Below, one piece after another: positions 1 to 9,086 of a DNA stretch of 37,629 nt. The DNA is from a virus. Its lineage: Duplodnaviria; Caudoviricetes. The stretch covers positions 1 to 37,629 of the IMG/VR virus record IMGVR_UViG_3300032233_001783; one strand, written 5' to 3'. Position 1 is the stretch's first letter, and each line of letters begins with the position of its first letter. The notes under the pieces are model-generated. The model ran no database searches, was not told where the DNA came from, and was given only the letters and a program-made list of their open reading frames with translations. The position numbers and the translations under genes are program-made.

Positions 1-1044
1 ATCCAGTAGATCAGCTACCGTGAGGTCGAGTGCGATACGCCCGGAGACGTTTGTGACGTTGATATACCCCGTTGCACCTGTTCCCGATGAACTCGTGAAG
101 ACAATTGGGTCGTCCTGAATGAACCCGTTTCCACCATTAGCGACTGCCACGCCACCCAGTACGCTATTCGCAACCTGCACGACACGACCATAGGCACCAG
201 TACCGCTACCATTGTCGATAGTGGTGATAACGATATGGTCGTTGACCGAGTAGTTTGATCCGGCGGCATCAATGTGCAAACTTGCAATGATGGGTACGAC
301 GGTCGAAGTGATCAGGGGGTCACTGTCAGATATAGGAACATTCACAATCGTCTGATTGGGGAGGAATGTCCCTTGAATCGATCCGTCTTTCAGAAACAGT
401 TCATTGATCGCAACGCGCACCCCACCACTCTGCACGACATACGTCACGACGCGGTCTACTTGCGCAGATGCGGTATCCGTTTGAACAAAGTTACCGGTGT
501 ACCACGTAGCAAGATCGGCGTCGGTACCGTTCGACGGTGTGGCAACCTTAATCGTAAATGGTGCATACCACGTGGCGTCACTTGCACGAAGGATATCAAC
601 ACGAGGATAGTAGACGCTCGACTCTTGATTGTAGAAGACGCGGAAGAACCATTCAATACTTGCCGCGGTTCCCTTATTCTTGTAGAACGACCGCAGACTG
701 CGTACAATCCAATCGGTTGGCACATACGCATACTGAGGGAAGTTTGACCCAAACATCCGCATGAATTGATTGCGGAAGTCTTCGATGCTGCTTTCACTAT
801 CGCGGTATTCTAGTACTTTGCGCGTTTCATACAGCGTACCGCCATAAGTTGCGGTCGTCTGAATGTTTGCCGCTGGCCCAATCTGTGGAATAATCGCTGT
901 GGTCGTGAACGTGCGGGGTTGTTCAAGGAATCGCAGATAGGTACTGACGAATTCCAAGAATAGCGGATACTCCGACTCGACAAAGTCGGGAATCGCAGAG
1001 CGAATCAGATTGGCAAACTCTTGTCCGTCGAAATATGGTCGCAT
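1..1044 (-). CDS. gp7: Baseplate wedge initiator, gp7-like (runs off window start; absent from ORF track)
   Basis: Hand translation from ATG at 1044: MRPYFDGQEFANLIRSAIPDFVESEYPLFLEFVSTYLRFLEQ...FYKNKGTAASIEWFFRVFYNQESSVYYPRVDILRASDATW, motifs typical of T4-like gp7 N-termini; directly follows gp6. Confidence 0.75.
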   Translation of the reverse strand, partial: MRPYFDGQEFANLIRSAIPDFVESEYPLFLEFVSTYLRFLEQPRTFTTTAIIPQIGPAANIQTTATYGGTLYETRKVLEYRDSESSIEDFRNQFMRMFGSNFPQYAYVPTDWIVRSLRSFYKNKGTAASIEWFFRVFYNQESSVYYPRVDILRASDATWYAPFTIKVATPSNGTDADLATWYTGNFVQTDTASAQVDRVVTYVVQSGGVRVAINELFLKDGSIQGTFLPNQTIVNVPISDSDPLITSTVVPIIASLHIDAAGSNYSVNDHIVITTIDNGSGTGAYGRVVQVANSVLGGVAVANGGNGFIQDDPIVFTSSSGTGATGYINVTNVSGRIALDLTVADLLD

Positions 1045-1049
1045 ACGGA

Positions 1050-3119
1050 TTACCGCAGAACGCCGCCCTGATAGAAGTTCGCAGCCGTCGAAGTGGACGT
1101 TTCGTCGGCAACCTCAACGACAATCGTGTCGGAGTCAAGTGTAAACAATCGATTTAGTTGAGGTACCAAGTCTGTCTCTTGTGGAAGCACGTTGATCCAA
1201 ATGTCAGTAGCACCATCCTCTATCGCATCTGGTACAAAGTTACTTAGTGTCATCACGCCCGTGGTAATATCGAGCGTTCCCGCATTCGTATTGACCACAA
1301 CCGGACGTTGAATGGTCGAGACAATCGGTGCATCATTAACGGTCGTACCGGGATTTCGCTTATAGAGGTCGAGGATTGCGGCAGTAATCTGCGTATCTGT
1401 CAGCGTAGTTCCTGCTGGCAATGTAAACGTCGTCGTATCGACAATCTTTCCATTCTTCAGTGCGGCATTGAATGTGTACTGGTACGCGAGTTCCGTATTG
1501 TTGATCTGAACAACACCATTTGCTTCAGAGAACCAGCAATTCGTAAAGCTCGCACCATTTGCCGATGTGTAGTTGAACCGATGTGAATCGGACACAAGGA
1601 TAGCAGACTCGCTACCATTCTTGAAGATCGGTGTGCCAAACTTAATGAGAAGCGTATTGGAGACTCCAACCTTTGGGAAGATACGCTTCTGAAGTTCGAT
1701 GCGCGTCATTGAACTATTGATCGCGGGATCCGTATCGTCAATTGCACGAGTGAGCTTGGAGAAGCGGAATGCAGAATCAAACTTCTCGATGTTGGAGGCG
1801 GTATAGGTAATGATCGAGTTTGCAACGTTTGTTGCGAGATCCGCACGACGCAGCGATGTCATCTTCGGGTCATATAGCACACGCGTACTGATGATCATAT
1901 AGATGTAGTCGGGGTCAATCACTTCCGGCAACACACCCACAATGCTGTTGGGTCGCACCACACGATTGATGATATCCGCACGTGCACTCTCGGTGACACG
2001 CAGTCCGGTCTTTGGCTTGATGGCAATAAAGACGCGACCATAGATGGGACGTTCTTGTGCATCATATGGGTCACCATTTTCACCACCAAAGACATTGATT
2101 GCAGCAATACTCTCGCTGTATTCCGAGAGAATCAGAGCTTTGTAATCGTCCACCGTCACACAGCGGTTCTGGGTGCCATATACGAGCGGTGCGAGGAAGC
2201 GAATCTGCTCAATCTCTTCGGCAGATGACCCACCATTACTGGGTTGTGTGTTCGCATCGGGGGTCGCTGTGACCCCACGCACAAGACCATTGATGGTATT
2301 AGATGCAATCAGGAATGGCCCGCGAATGCTGTTCCCTTCTACACCACGACTAATATAGTAGTCTACAAGTACGATGTTCCCATTCTTGAGAGCTTTCCCA
2401 ACGATGTCGTTACCAAACTTGAGTTCGGGATACCCATTGTATGATTCTTGCAGTACGTAAATGGGATCGGTGTTCGAGGGAAGTACAAGGTTACCTGTTT
2501 CTACGAACTGTGTAATGACGTTGCTTGTGGAACTATCCTGTACGCGTACGTTCATGTGTCGGAAGTCTACGTTCGCGTTTGGAATGATGTACCGCTGCGA
2601 TGGGTTGTTGGTATCTACGACAAACGAATACGTCGCCGGCTGACCTTCGACCAGCGTTGCATTTGTGGTATCATACAAGTAGGTATTGGCAATATTCTGC
2701 GTCAAGGACAAGTCGTCCACGTTGTAGAACGCGTAACTCGTATTGGACTGAAGCTCGAATCGTGTGTTCTTCGGAATGGTCACGGTCGCAGCAGTATTGC
2801 TGGACATCACTACAGTCACATTTGCGTCATAGGTCGCACTCAACATACCATGCGCAGGATAGCCAAGCATTCGTGCGTGAGAGACCACCGAGGAGCGAAG
2901 TTGCGCGGTGTCGAGGAACGATTCGTTGACCGCAGTTGAAAGGTAGTAGTTATTGTAGAAAGTGACGTATGCCAGCACACGAGCAATCAGATTCAATCCA
3001 CTGCCACTGAAGTCATAATCCGAGAATGTCGGATCCGCCTTCATGAAGGTGACAAGATTCTGAAGAATCTGATCGTAATCTAGTTCGGCGATTCTAAGTT
3101 GCGTAGGTGTAGTAGCCAT
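1050..3119 (-). CDS. gp6: Baseplate wedge subunit gp6
   Basis: ELDYDQILQNL..F..DYDFSGSGL..LAYVT.YN..NESFLDTAQLRSSVVSHARMLGY; FGNDIVGK; QNRCVTVDDY; follows gp25. Confidence 0.95.
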   Translation of the reverse strand: MATTPTQLRIAELDYDQILQNLVTFMKADPTFSDYDFSGSGLNLIARVLAYVTFYNNYYLSTAVNESFLDTAQLRSSVVSHARMLGYPAHGMLSATYDANVTVVMSSNTAATVTIPKNTRFELQSNTSYAFYNVDDLSLTQNIANTYLYDTTNATLVEGQPATYSFVVDTNNPSQRYIIPNANVDFRHMNVRVQDSSTSNVITQFVETGNLVLPSNTDPIYVLQESYNGYPELKFGNDIVGKALKNGNIVLVDYYISRGVEGNSIRGPFLIASNTINGLVRGVTATPDANTQPSNGGSSAEEIEQIRFLAPLVYGTQNRCVTVDDYKALILSEYSESIAAINVFGGENGDPYDAQERPIYGRVFIAIKPKTGLRVTESARADIINRVVRPNSIVGVLPEVIDPDYIYMIISTRVLYDPKMTSLRRADLATNVANSIITYTASNIEKFDSAFRFSKLTRAIDDTDPAINSSMTRIELQKRIFPKVGVSNTLLIKFGTPIFKNGSESAILVSDSHRFNYTSANGASFTNCWFSEANGVVQINNTELAYQYTFNAALKNGKIVDTTTFTLPAGTTLTDTQITAAILDLYKRNPGTTVNDAPIVSTIQRPVVVNTNAGTLDITTGVMTLSNFVPDAIEDGATDIWINVLPQETDLVPQLNRLFTLDSDTIVVEVADETSTSTAANFYQGGVLR

Positions 3120-3122
3120 AAC

Positions 3123-3533
3123 TTATCGCAGTCGTGTGAGATATAACGTCAGAGTAATAGGTTGAGTCTGGTTGATGATGCTGAACAGAAGGTTCACTTC
3201 GTATCTAAGCTCATCCGCTGTCGGTACAACAGAGAGTTCTTCGATGTTAACACGCGGCTCAAATGCCGTAATCGTATCCCCAATCTCATGTTGAATGAGG
3301 ACGGTCGTGATTGGATCAATCGGTTCAAAGAGAAGGCGATGTAGCCGTGACCCAAAGTTCGGGAAGAAGGGAGTCTCTCCCGCACGAGACAGCAGCAGCA
3401 GTTTCAGCGACCGCTTTATGGCATCCGCGTCCGACACCGTCACCACATCATGCGTGACGGGGTTCCGCGCAAAGGTCAGTGAAACGTCTCTAAACTGCCG
3501 TCGTATGGTGTTGGTAACGGTTATCTCTGGCAT
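3123..3533 (-). CDS. gp25: Baseplate wedge subunit gp25 (GPW/gp25 family)
   Basis: DADAIKRSLKLLLLSRAGETPFFPNFGSRLHRLLFEP..ITAFEPRV signature; 136 aa; upstream of gp6. Confidence 0.95.
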   Translation of the reverse strand: MPEITVTNTIRRQFRDVSLTFARNPVTHDVVTVSDADAIKRSLKLLLLSRAGETPFFPNFGSRLHRLLFEPIDPITTVLIQHEIGDTITAFEPRVNIEELSVVPTADELRYEVNLLFSIINQTQPITLTLYLTRLR

Positions 3534-3542
3534 AGCTCTCTG

Positions 3543-3549
3543 TATTTAG
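3543..3549 (-). promoter_or_regulatory. T4-type late promoter motif (CTAAATA) for gp25
   Basis: GCTAAATACAGAGAGCTATG on - strand in the short intergenic gap. Confidence 0.7.
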
Positions 3550-3556
3550 CGACAGG

Positions 3557-5266
3557 TTATGACGGACTTGGTGACGACGACGCACTCGGACTCACAGAAC
3601 GGCTCGGTGTACTCGACGGACTCATCGACGGACTTGAGGAACTCGACGGTGACACGGATGCACTCGGACTCTTCGATGCACTCGGGCTCGTCGATGACGA
3701 TGCGGACGATGACGGACTCACCGACGCACTTGGACTGATCGATGCCGACGGACTCCGTGAGGGACTCGTTGAACTACTTGGGCTCACCGATGCACTCGGA
3801 CTCTGCGATGCGGATGGACTTGCGGATGCACTCGGACTCATCGACAGACTCACGGATGCCGACGGTGAGAGAGACGCAGATGGACTCGCTGACGCGGACG
3901 GACTTTGCGATGGTGTGCCCGGATTTGGTACGTCTGGCGTGTTTTCACCCGCCTTCCACAACGTGCGGTCAAGACACGGCGTATTTACTGTCCATCCGAC
4001 TGTCGGGGTATCGGACAGTGAATCAATCAAGATGTCTACACGGGTGACTTGCTTACCATTGTACTGCGCCCCATCGGGATCACCAATCACACCACGATAG
4101 GCGATAGCATCGACGAGATGACCATTATACTGTCGTTCGACACCTTGTGCGATGATATAGCCCCACTGTGGGTCAATCTTCTTGAGTGTCTGCACGACTG
4201 CTTCAATGAACAATCCACACGCGGTTGCACTTGCGGTTCGATCTTCATAGTCTGCCACAAAGTTCCATGATTTACCATTGAATAGTATGGCAACCTGTGT
4301 CCGGACATCTGGCACCGTGCCGGACGGCCCAGTGCATTTAGTGGGCGCAGGTACCGGCCCGGGTTTATCACCCAACACCACCGTCGTCGTGAGCTTCTCT
4401 GTACGAGTTGCAAGAATATTGAGTTCGTTGTCGATAAGCGTTAGATACTCTGCTTGCTCACGTTGTGCCGCAGCACGAGCTTCACCCGTGAGTTCGGTAA
4501 TCAGATACAGTCCTTCATGAAAGGTATCATCTAGGTCTCGCGTGAGGACTTCCCGCCTGAGCGTTGTTGACGTAAACGAGAGATGTATCCACGAAAGATT
4601 ATTACGCGGAGAATAGTTGAGAACCAGTTGATCGAACGGTAAGTTTTTGGCAACGTAGTCTGCGACCTCGTAGAGAAGTTCAGGCGTTTGGTTGGACAAA
4701 CGAATGTCCACCGCTTCACCCTTCTCATGCTGACTGATGCCATTATTGACCTGACGGAATCCACTCACGACCACGATGTTCGGGTACTTGTCCTTCAGGG
4801 GCTGCAAAAGATTGACACAGAGTAGCGAGAGGTTATAGAGAATATCGTCCTCTAATAGTCCAAGTTGCGGCGTGATGCCTTTCTGTGCCTTTTCATAGAG
4901 CGGTATAGCTTTACCGAGAGGACCTTCGGTGTCGTCGGTTTCCGGAAGAAACCCAAAGTCCTCCGCTTTTCCAAGAATACCTTCACTTCCCGCAAGACGC
5001 GGATCGGCTGACCCATCGTTATCGGGAGCCATACGGGCTTTCCAGTACCCGTTCCATCCAACGTGCACATACCCATCACTAAACACTTCGGGTGTGGTGG
5101 CTTTCCCGAGCCAATAGTTCAAATCACCCGGCGGAATTGGGGGGTCGTTCCCGACCTCAACCCAGTCCGCAGAAATCACTTGCGTCAAGTACCCCGGATC
5201 CAGATTAACTCCGGGTGGAATGGGTACCTCAATCTGGAGTGGCCCGACGATGAGAGTTCCTGCCAT
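3557..5266 (-). CDS. Baseplate-associated peptidase M15 (Zn D-Ala-D-Ala peptidase fold) with an extra domain and a Ser/Pro-rich C-terminal tail
   Basis: VSGFR..ISQHEKGEAVDI (HxxxxxxD)..WIHLSF motifs; located between gp5 and gp25. Confidence 0.8.
   Translation of the reverse strand: MAGTLIVGPLQIEVPIPPGVNLDPGYLTQVISADWVEVGNDPPIPPGDLNYWLGKATTPEVFSDGYVHVGWNGYWKARMAPDNDGSADPRLAGSEGILGKAEDFGFLPETDDTEGPLGKAIPLYEKAQKGITPQLGLLEDDILYNLSLLCVNLLQPLKDKYPNIVVVSGFRQVNNGISQHEKGEAVDIRLSNQTPELLYEVADYVAKNLPFDQLVLNYSPRNNLSWIHLSFTSTTLRREVLTRDLDDTFHEGLYLITELTGEARAAAQREQAEYLTLIDNELNILATRTEKLTTTVVLGDKPGPVPAPTKCTGPSGTVPDVRTQVAILFNGKSWNFVADYEDRTASATACGLFIEAVVQTLKKIDPQWGYIIAQGVERQYNGHLVDAIAYRGVIGDPDGAQYNGKQVTRVDILIDSLSDTPTVGWTVNTPCLDRTLWKAGENTPDVPNPGTPSQSPSASASPSASLSPSASVSLSMSPSASASPSASQSPSASVSPSSSTSPSRSPSASISPSASVSPSSSASSSTSPSASKSPSASVSPSSSSSPSMSPSSTPSRSVSPSASSSPSPS
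3560..3910 (-). repeat. Degenerate coding tandem repeat, (SPSASx)n, about 117 aa
   Basis: SQSPSASASPSASLSPSASVS...SPSPS; recurring roughly 18-nt units such as AGTCCGAGTGCATCC/G. Confidence 0.95.
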
Positions 5267-5277
5267 ACTATTTCCTC

Positions 5278-7248
5278 TTACACTTGTGGGGTATAGTTTG
5301 CGACGTCGGGACGCGCAAGACTATCCGCTAACATTTCTACAGTGAACGACGTGCCACCCAATGTGGTTTTAGGCGTAAAGGTATAGTTCCCTCGATATGC
5401 ATCACGGTTCAGATAATTGACCTCGGGAATGGATTCTGCGGCAACAATACCCGTCTCAATCGTGTTGCGTGTTCCCGGTAGTTCAGGCCCAGCCGTCTCC
5501 GGAAGATCCCCCAACGCTTTGCAGGTATCGAGATGTGCTTGATACTGTTCAGCGTCACTCAATTCTTCTGGCGTATCAAACATCAATGCACGGTAGTCAG
5601 CCGCGGCACGAGTCTTTACATTATAGATCAGCGGATTGCCAAGCGGATTGTCTTTCGGTGTTTGCTCCGCAGTCAACTCTGGGAACGTGAACGCTATTTG
5701 TGAACCGGTGGATGGGAATGGCCCATCCTGCATCAACGACAGCATACTCAGTGTGTCTTTTGTGCCAGACAGAATGGTTTGCGCCATTGCGTAGGTAGTA
5801 CCCACCGTCGCGGCGCCGAACGCACCTCCTGCAAGTGCGGATGTCGCAAGTTGCGTCCCCATTTTGAGCAATGCAGCCGCTTTGAGCTTGTTCAGTTTAC
5901 CCTTATATGCAGCTTGTGCCCCATCAATCTGCTGTGCGATCTCAGGGAAGTCCCGCTTGATTGCAGACGGAATCAACCGCACCGCAGGCCCGTTTGACGT
6001 AAAGACGGGCGTACCGGGAAGTTTCGCATAGCGTAAATCCACTTCCACACCGTCGAGGAGTGCGGTTTTCTTTGCACGAAGATTGACGTTTTTCGCGAAG
6101 ACGTTGAAATCCTTCTTCGTATTGATATTGACGTCACTATCACTTTGAATACTGACTTCTCCTCGTGCGTGAATCGAGGCATTCCCGTCTACGGAGATAT
6201 TGCAGTTGCCTTTGACCTTCACGTTCTGGTCAGCCATGCTGATCAGGAACCCGTGATTCATGGACTTATAGACGACTTGTCCATCCGGATGCATCTCGAT
6301 GAATGACCCTGACCGATGAAAGAGATGCACTCGCTCTGCGCCCGGTGTATCATCAAGTTCAATCACGTGACCGGATTCTGTCTGCGTGACCTTGTTGTAG
6401 GGAAACTGTGGCGATGCTGGTGTCGCCGGTTCACTCCATCCTGATTGATTATTCTTATCATCATGGAATGACATATTGAGGTTCAGATTGAACCCCGGCA
6501 TCTTCTTGTACGCTTTCAGCGGGTCAGTCACACTGGTCGTCAAACGCGTCCAGAATGTGGGTTTCGCGAGCGCGACCGCTGCACCCTTAATCACAAACCG
6601 GCGCTTATCCTTGACAATTGGATCTGTCAGTGCTGCGTCACCACCCTGTGCAAGTCGTGGTACAGACGGCGCGTCCACTTCTTCCGGAAGCGGATAGGGT
6701 GTGCGGTTGTAGTTCTCTTTGACATGCGCACCAAAGAGCGAGAAGTTACCAAGCTGTGTCGAAACCCGTGCTGAAATGTTCGAGAGTCGCTTTTTACGCT
6801 GCGCGAGTTGGGATTTGAATGCCGCAGATCCCGCAAGCGAAACGCCAGTCCGAATCGATGAGAACTGGACTAGGTCTTCGGCAGAAAAAAACCCACCAGT
6901 CGAAACATTGATCGTGCTGTTCATACCAAAGACCGATACGTCTTTGATTACCGTGCGACCCGACAACAGATCCGCGGCGTGCGCATCGAATCCCGCAACA
7001 GCACCAGTGAGTGAAGACGCAAGGGTCTTCAGGGAGTTCTTGGCATTCAGCGCAGCTTTGAACTGGACATAGGTCGCACTGCTCATCGTCGCCGCTTTGG
7101 CGATGGTGCCGAGCAGACCTCCCTTTTTACCACCCGTGGGTTTCACTCCCGACGACGACGGGGCTTCGCGACCGGCGGGTTTTCCCGGTGCCAGTGCAAT
7201 CTCCGCCGGTGTGCGGTTATCTTTGAATCCGTACTTCTTTTCAGGCAT
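5278..7248 (-). CDS. gp5: gp5-like baseplate hub/spike protein, C-terminal part (no OB-fold, no lysozyme domain seen)
   Basis: FPYNKVTQTESGHVIELDDTPGAERVHLFHRSGSFIEMHPDG followed by short VKVKGNCNISVDGNASI beta-helix repeats; likely start ATG 7248 (MPEKKYGFKD) rather than TTG 7335. Confidence 0.85.
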   Translation of the reverse strand: MPEKKYGFKDNRTPAEIALAPGKPAGREAPSSSGVKPTGGKKGGLLGTIAKAATMSSATYVQFKAALNAKNSLKTLASSLTGAVAGFDAHAADLLSGRTVIKDVSVFGMNSTINVSTGGFFSAEDLVQFSSIRTGVSLAGSAAFKSQLAQRKKRLSNISARVSTQLGNFSLFGAHVKENYNRTPYPLPEEVDAPSVPRLAQGGDAALTDPIVKDKRRFVIKGAAVALAKPTFWTRLTTSVTDPLKAYKKMPGFNLNLNMSFHDDKNNQSGWSEPATPASPQFPYNKVTQTESGHVIELDDTPGAERVHLFHRSGSFIEMHPDGQVVYKSMNHGFLISMADQNVKVKGNCNISVDGNASIHARGEVSIQSDSDVNINTKKDFNVFAKNVNLRAKKTALLDGVEVDLRYAKLPGTPVFTSNGPAVRLIPSAIKRDFPEIAQQIDGAQAAYKGKLNKLKAAALLKMGTQLATSALAGGAFGAATVGTTYAMAQTILSGTKDTLSMLSLMQDGPFPSTGSQIAFTFPELTAEQTPKDNPLGNPLIYNVKTRAAADYRALMFDTPEELSDAEQYQAHLDTCKALGDLPETAGPELPGTRNTIETGIVAAESIPEVNYLNRDAYRGNYTFTPKTTLGGTSFTVEMLADSLARPDVANYTPQV

Positions 7249-7250
7249 AG

Positions 7251-7562
7251 TTACGATTGTGCGATAGCAGGAAGGACACCAAAAATGATGGGCATCTGTC
7301 CGAGACGGGAATCGAGGAAGAATCCAATAACCCAATCTCCATGACGATAATTAGGTAGCGACGTTGCCTGCGTTGTAGGGACGAGCGGATACGCCCACGG
7401 CAAATCATCCGTTGACAGTTGATCAGTACTCTTGTCGTGACATCCAAAGATACGTACTTTAGCTCGTCCGACATTCAACGGATCGTCCATTCCTTCAACA
7501 ACACCGACAAACCAGATGAAGCCGTCAAAACCAAGTTGATGACTAAGCGGGCCGCTTTCCAT
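7251..7562 (-). CDS. gp5: gp5 N-terminal OB-fold domain as a stand-alone ORF
   Basis: FIWFVGVVEGMDDPLNVGRAKVRIFGCH..DLPWAYPL..GDWVIGFFLD..QMPIIFGVLP. Confidence 0.9.
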   Translation of the reverse strand: MESGPLSHQLGFDGFIWFVGVVEGMDDPLNVGRAKVRIFGCHDKSTDQLSTDDLPWAYPLVPTTQATSLPNYRHGDWVIGFFLDSRLGQMPIIFGVLPAIAQS

Positions 7563-7564
7563 GA

Positions 7565-9082
7565 TTAGTTTGCCTTTCCGTCAACATCGGTTGTTTTTTC
7601 TTCATATTTTGCCATTGGTGCACCGAAAGAATCACGAGTAGCTTCGATGTGCATTCGATAGTCCATAACACCGCGTGAGACCTGCGTCAGTGTATGACGC
7701 ACATGGGTGACCAGATGTAACCCACTGTGGAAGGGTGTCGGCGACTGTGGAATATTTCCCATGCTTGGATTGTCCGAAGCACCCTGAATCGCACGAGATG
7801 ATGGATAGACGACCTGCACGACGGATCCTGCACGAAGGTCGGGCTGTCCCGGCACCTCAATCAATGTGCGCATATGCTGAATCTCTTTCATCTGTCGATT
7901 CCGCAACACAATCGACTCGTACATACGTTGCTGTGTAATTTGCTCTCCCGCTTTTGCCACATATTGCGACTTGGCGACAGTAGTATTCGTCGGTACAATA
8001 AAGAGTTTGACATTTCGACTAACACTTTGGTCAAAGTTTTCGGGATACACCGGATAATCATCAAGATGCGTTGTCTTTTTGAATGTCTGTGTATATCGTG
8101 AATCTTCTTCATTCCACTTGCGACCAAAGAAATCCAAATGCAGCATCTTCGAACGCAGCATTCCCGATACTGCATCTTTCAGAGAGTCGAACACTTCATC
8201 TTGATGCAGGCCAATAATCGAGTTATATGCTTCACGGTCACTAATTTTAGGCGACCCCGTCATCTTATTGGCACTCACCACGAACTTCGGTATTGCTTTT
8301 GGAGGTTTATTGGGGTCGTAGTTGAGAGTTAGCGTATTTCGCCAGTTTGTGCCACCTGCTGCATCGTAATCTTTTGCAGCTTTCTTACCATCAGCAATCA
8401 GCTTACGAATGCTAGTGAAGTAAAACCCATCCATCGTTTCAAAAAATACGAAGTTGCTTTCTGGATTTTGTGTTGCCGTCAACGAGAGCAGAGAGAGAAA
8501 GTTGATCGCTTGCAGCGGTGTGTAGTTGGGAATCACCACATCAATCGTTCCAACCGTTGTCTCATAGACAGCTTCGTTCAGTTTGGAATCGGGTACCTTC
8601 AAATGTTCCTTCATGATCTCCTTCACTGCATCCACACAAGTAATGTCTTTGAACTTCTTAGTGATGCGCGAAGAAACACTGTTGAAGAACTCTGGTGTTA
8701 CTAATTCAATTGTGTAGGAACGTTCCTCATTTTTGGGAAAAGATTGGTCAATGATTCGCTGAACGCGAAAAAGCCGTCGATATGTTCGTTCCTTACTCTC
8801 GTAAATGACAGAATATTGCAGATCGATAAACTCAGTTCCCGTCAGAGGAAAGTATTCAACATACCCGTGTGTTTCGCGAATCTCAAGTCTTGCGCTAATC
8901 GTATTTTGAAAGATGCTCTCGTAGATGTCAATCGACAATACGTTCGCTGAGATGTCGATACCCTCTCGGTCAACAATTCCTCGATCAATAGCATTTGTTG
9001 CCCGAGCCGAGAGCAGCGGCGACCACACACTGCATCGCTTCAGCTTAACTTGACGGGGATTCGTATTCATCTGTTCAGACAT
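7565..9082 (-). CDS. Probable baseplate hub protein (gp27/VgrG-N-like)
   Basis: SIDIYESIFQNTISARLEIRET..PLTGTEFI; FVFFETMDGFYFTSI; VPGQPDLRAGSVV..SGLHLVTHVRH; position between gp53 and gp5. Confidence 0.65.
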   Translation of the reverse strand: MSEQMNTNPRQVKLKRCSVWSPLLSARATNAIDRGIVDREGIDISANVLSIDIYESIFQNTISARLEIRETHGYVEYFPLTGTEFIDLQYSVIYESKERTYRRLFRVQRIIDQSFPKNEERSYTIELVTPEFFNSVSSRITKKFKDITCVDAVKEIMKEHLKVPDSKLNEAVYETTVGTIDVVIPNYTPLQAINFLSLLSLTATQNPESNFVFFETMDGFYFTSIRKLIADGKKAAKDYDAAGGTNWRNTLTLNYDPNKPPKAIPKFVVSANKMTGSPKISDREAYNSIIGLHQDEVFDSLKDAVSGMLRSKMLHLDFFGRKWNEEDSRYTQTFKKTTHLDDYPVYPENFDQSVSRNVKLFIVPTNTTVAKSQYVAKAGEQITQQRMYESIVLRNRQMKEIQHMRTLIEVPGQPDLRAGSVVQVVYPSSRAIQGASDNPSMGNIPQSPTPFHSGLHLVTHVRHTLTQVSRGVMDYRMHIEATRDSFGAPMAKYEEKTTDVDGKAN

Positions 9083-9086
9083 AGTG

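Noticed and set aside
15-797. Short ORF-track calls at the window start
   Set aside because: Explained by the gp7-like frame (ATG 1044, - strand) that runs off the window
3560-3910. CRISPR-like or non-coding repeat array
   Set aside because: Units are degenerate, in frame and lack unique spacers; it encodes a Ser/Pro tract. No CRISPR array or cas gene was seen in the window
7248-7335. Programmed frameshift joining the two gp5 ORFs
   Set aside because: The -1 frame is open across the overlap, but I found no correctly phased X XXY YYZ heptamer; TAA-CT-ATG fits reinitiation better. Not fully excluded
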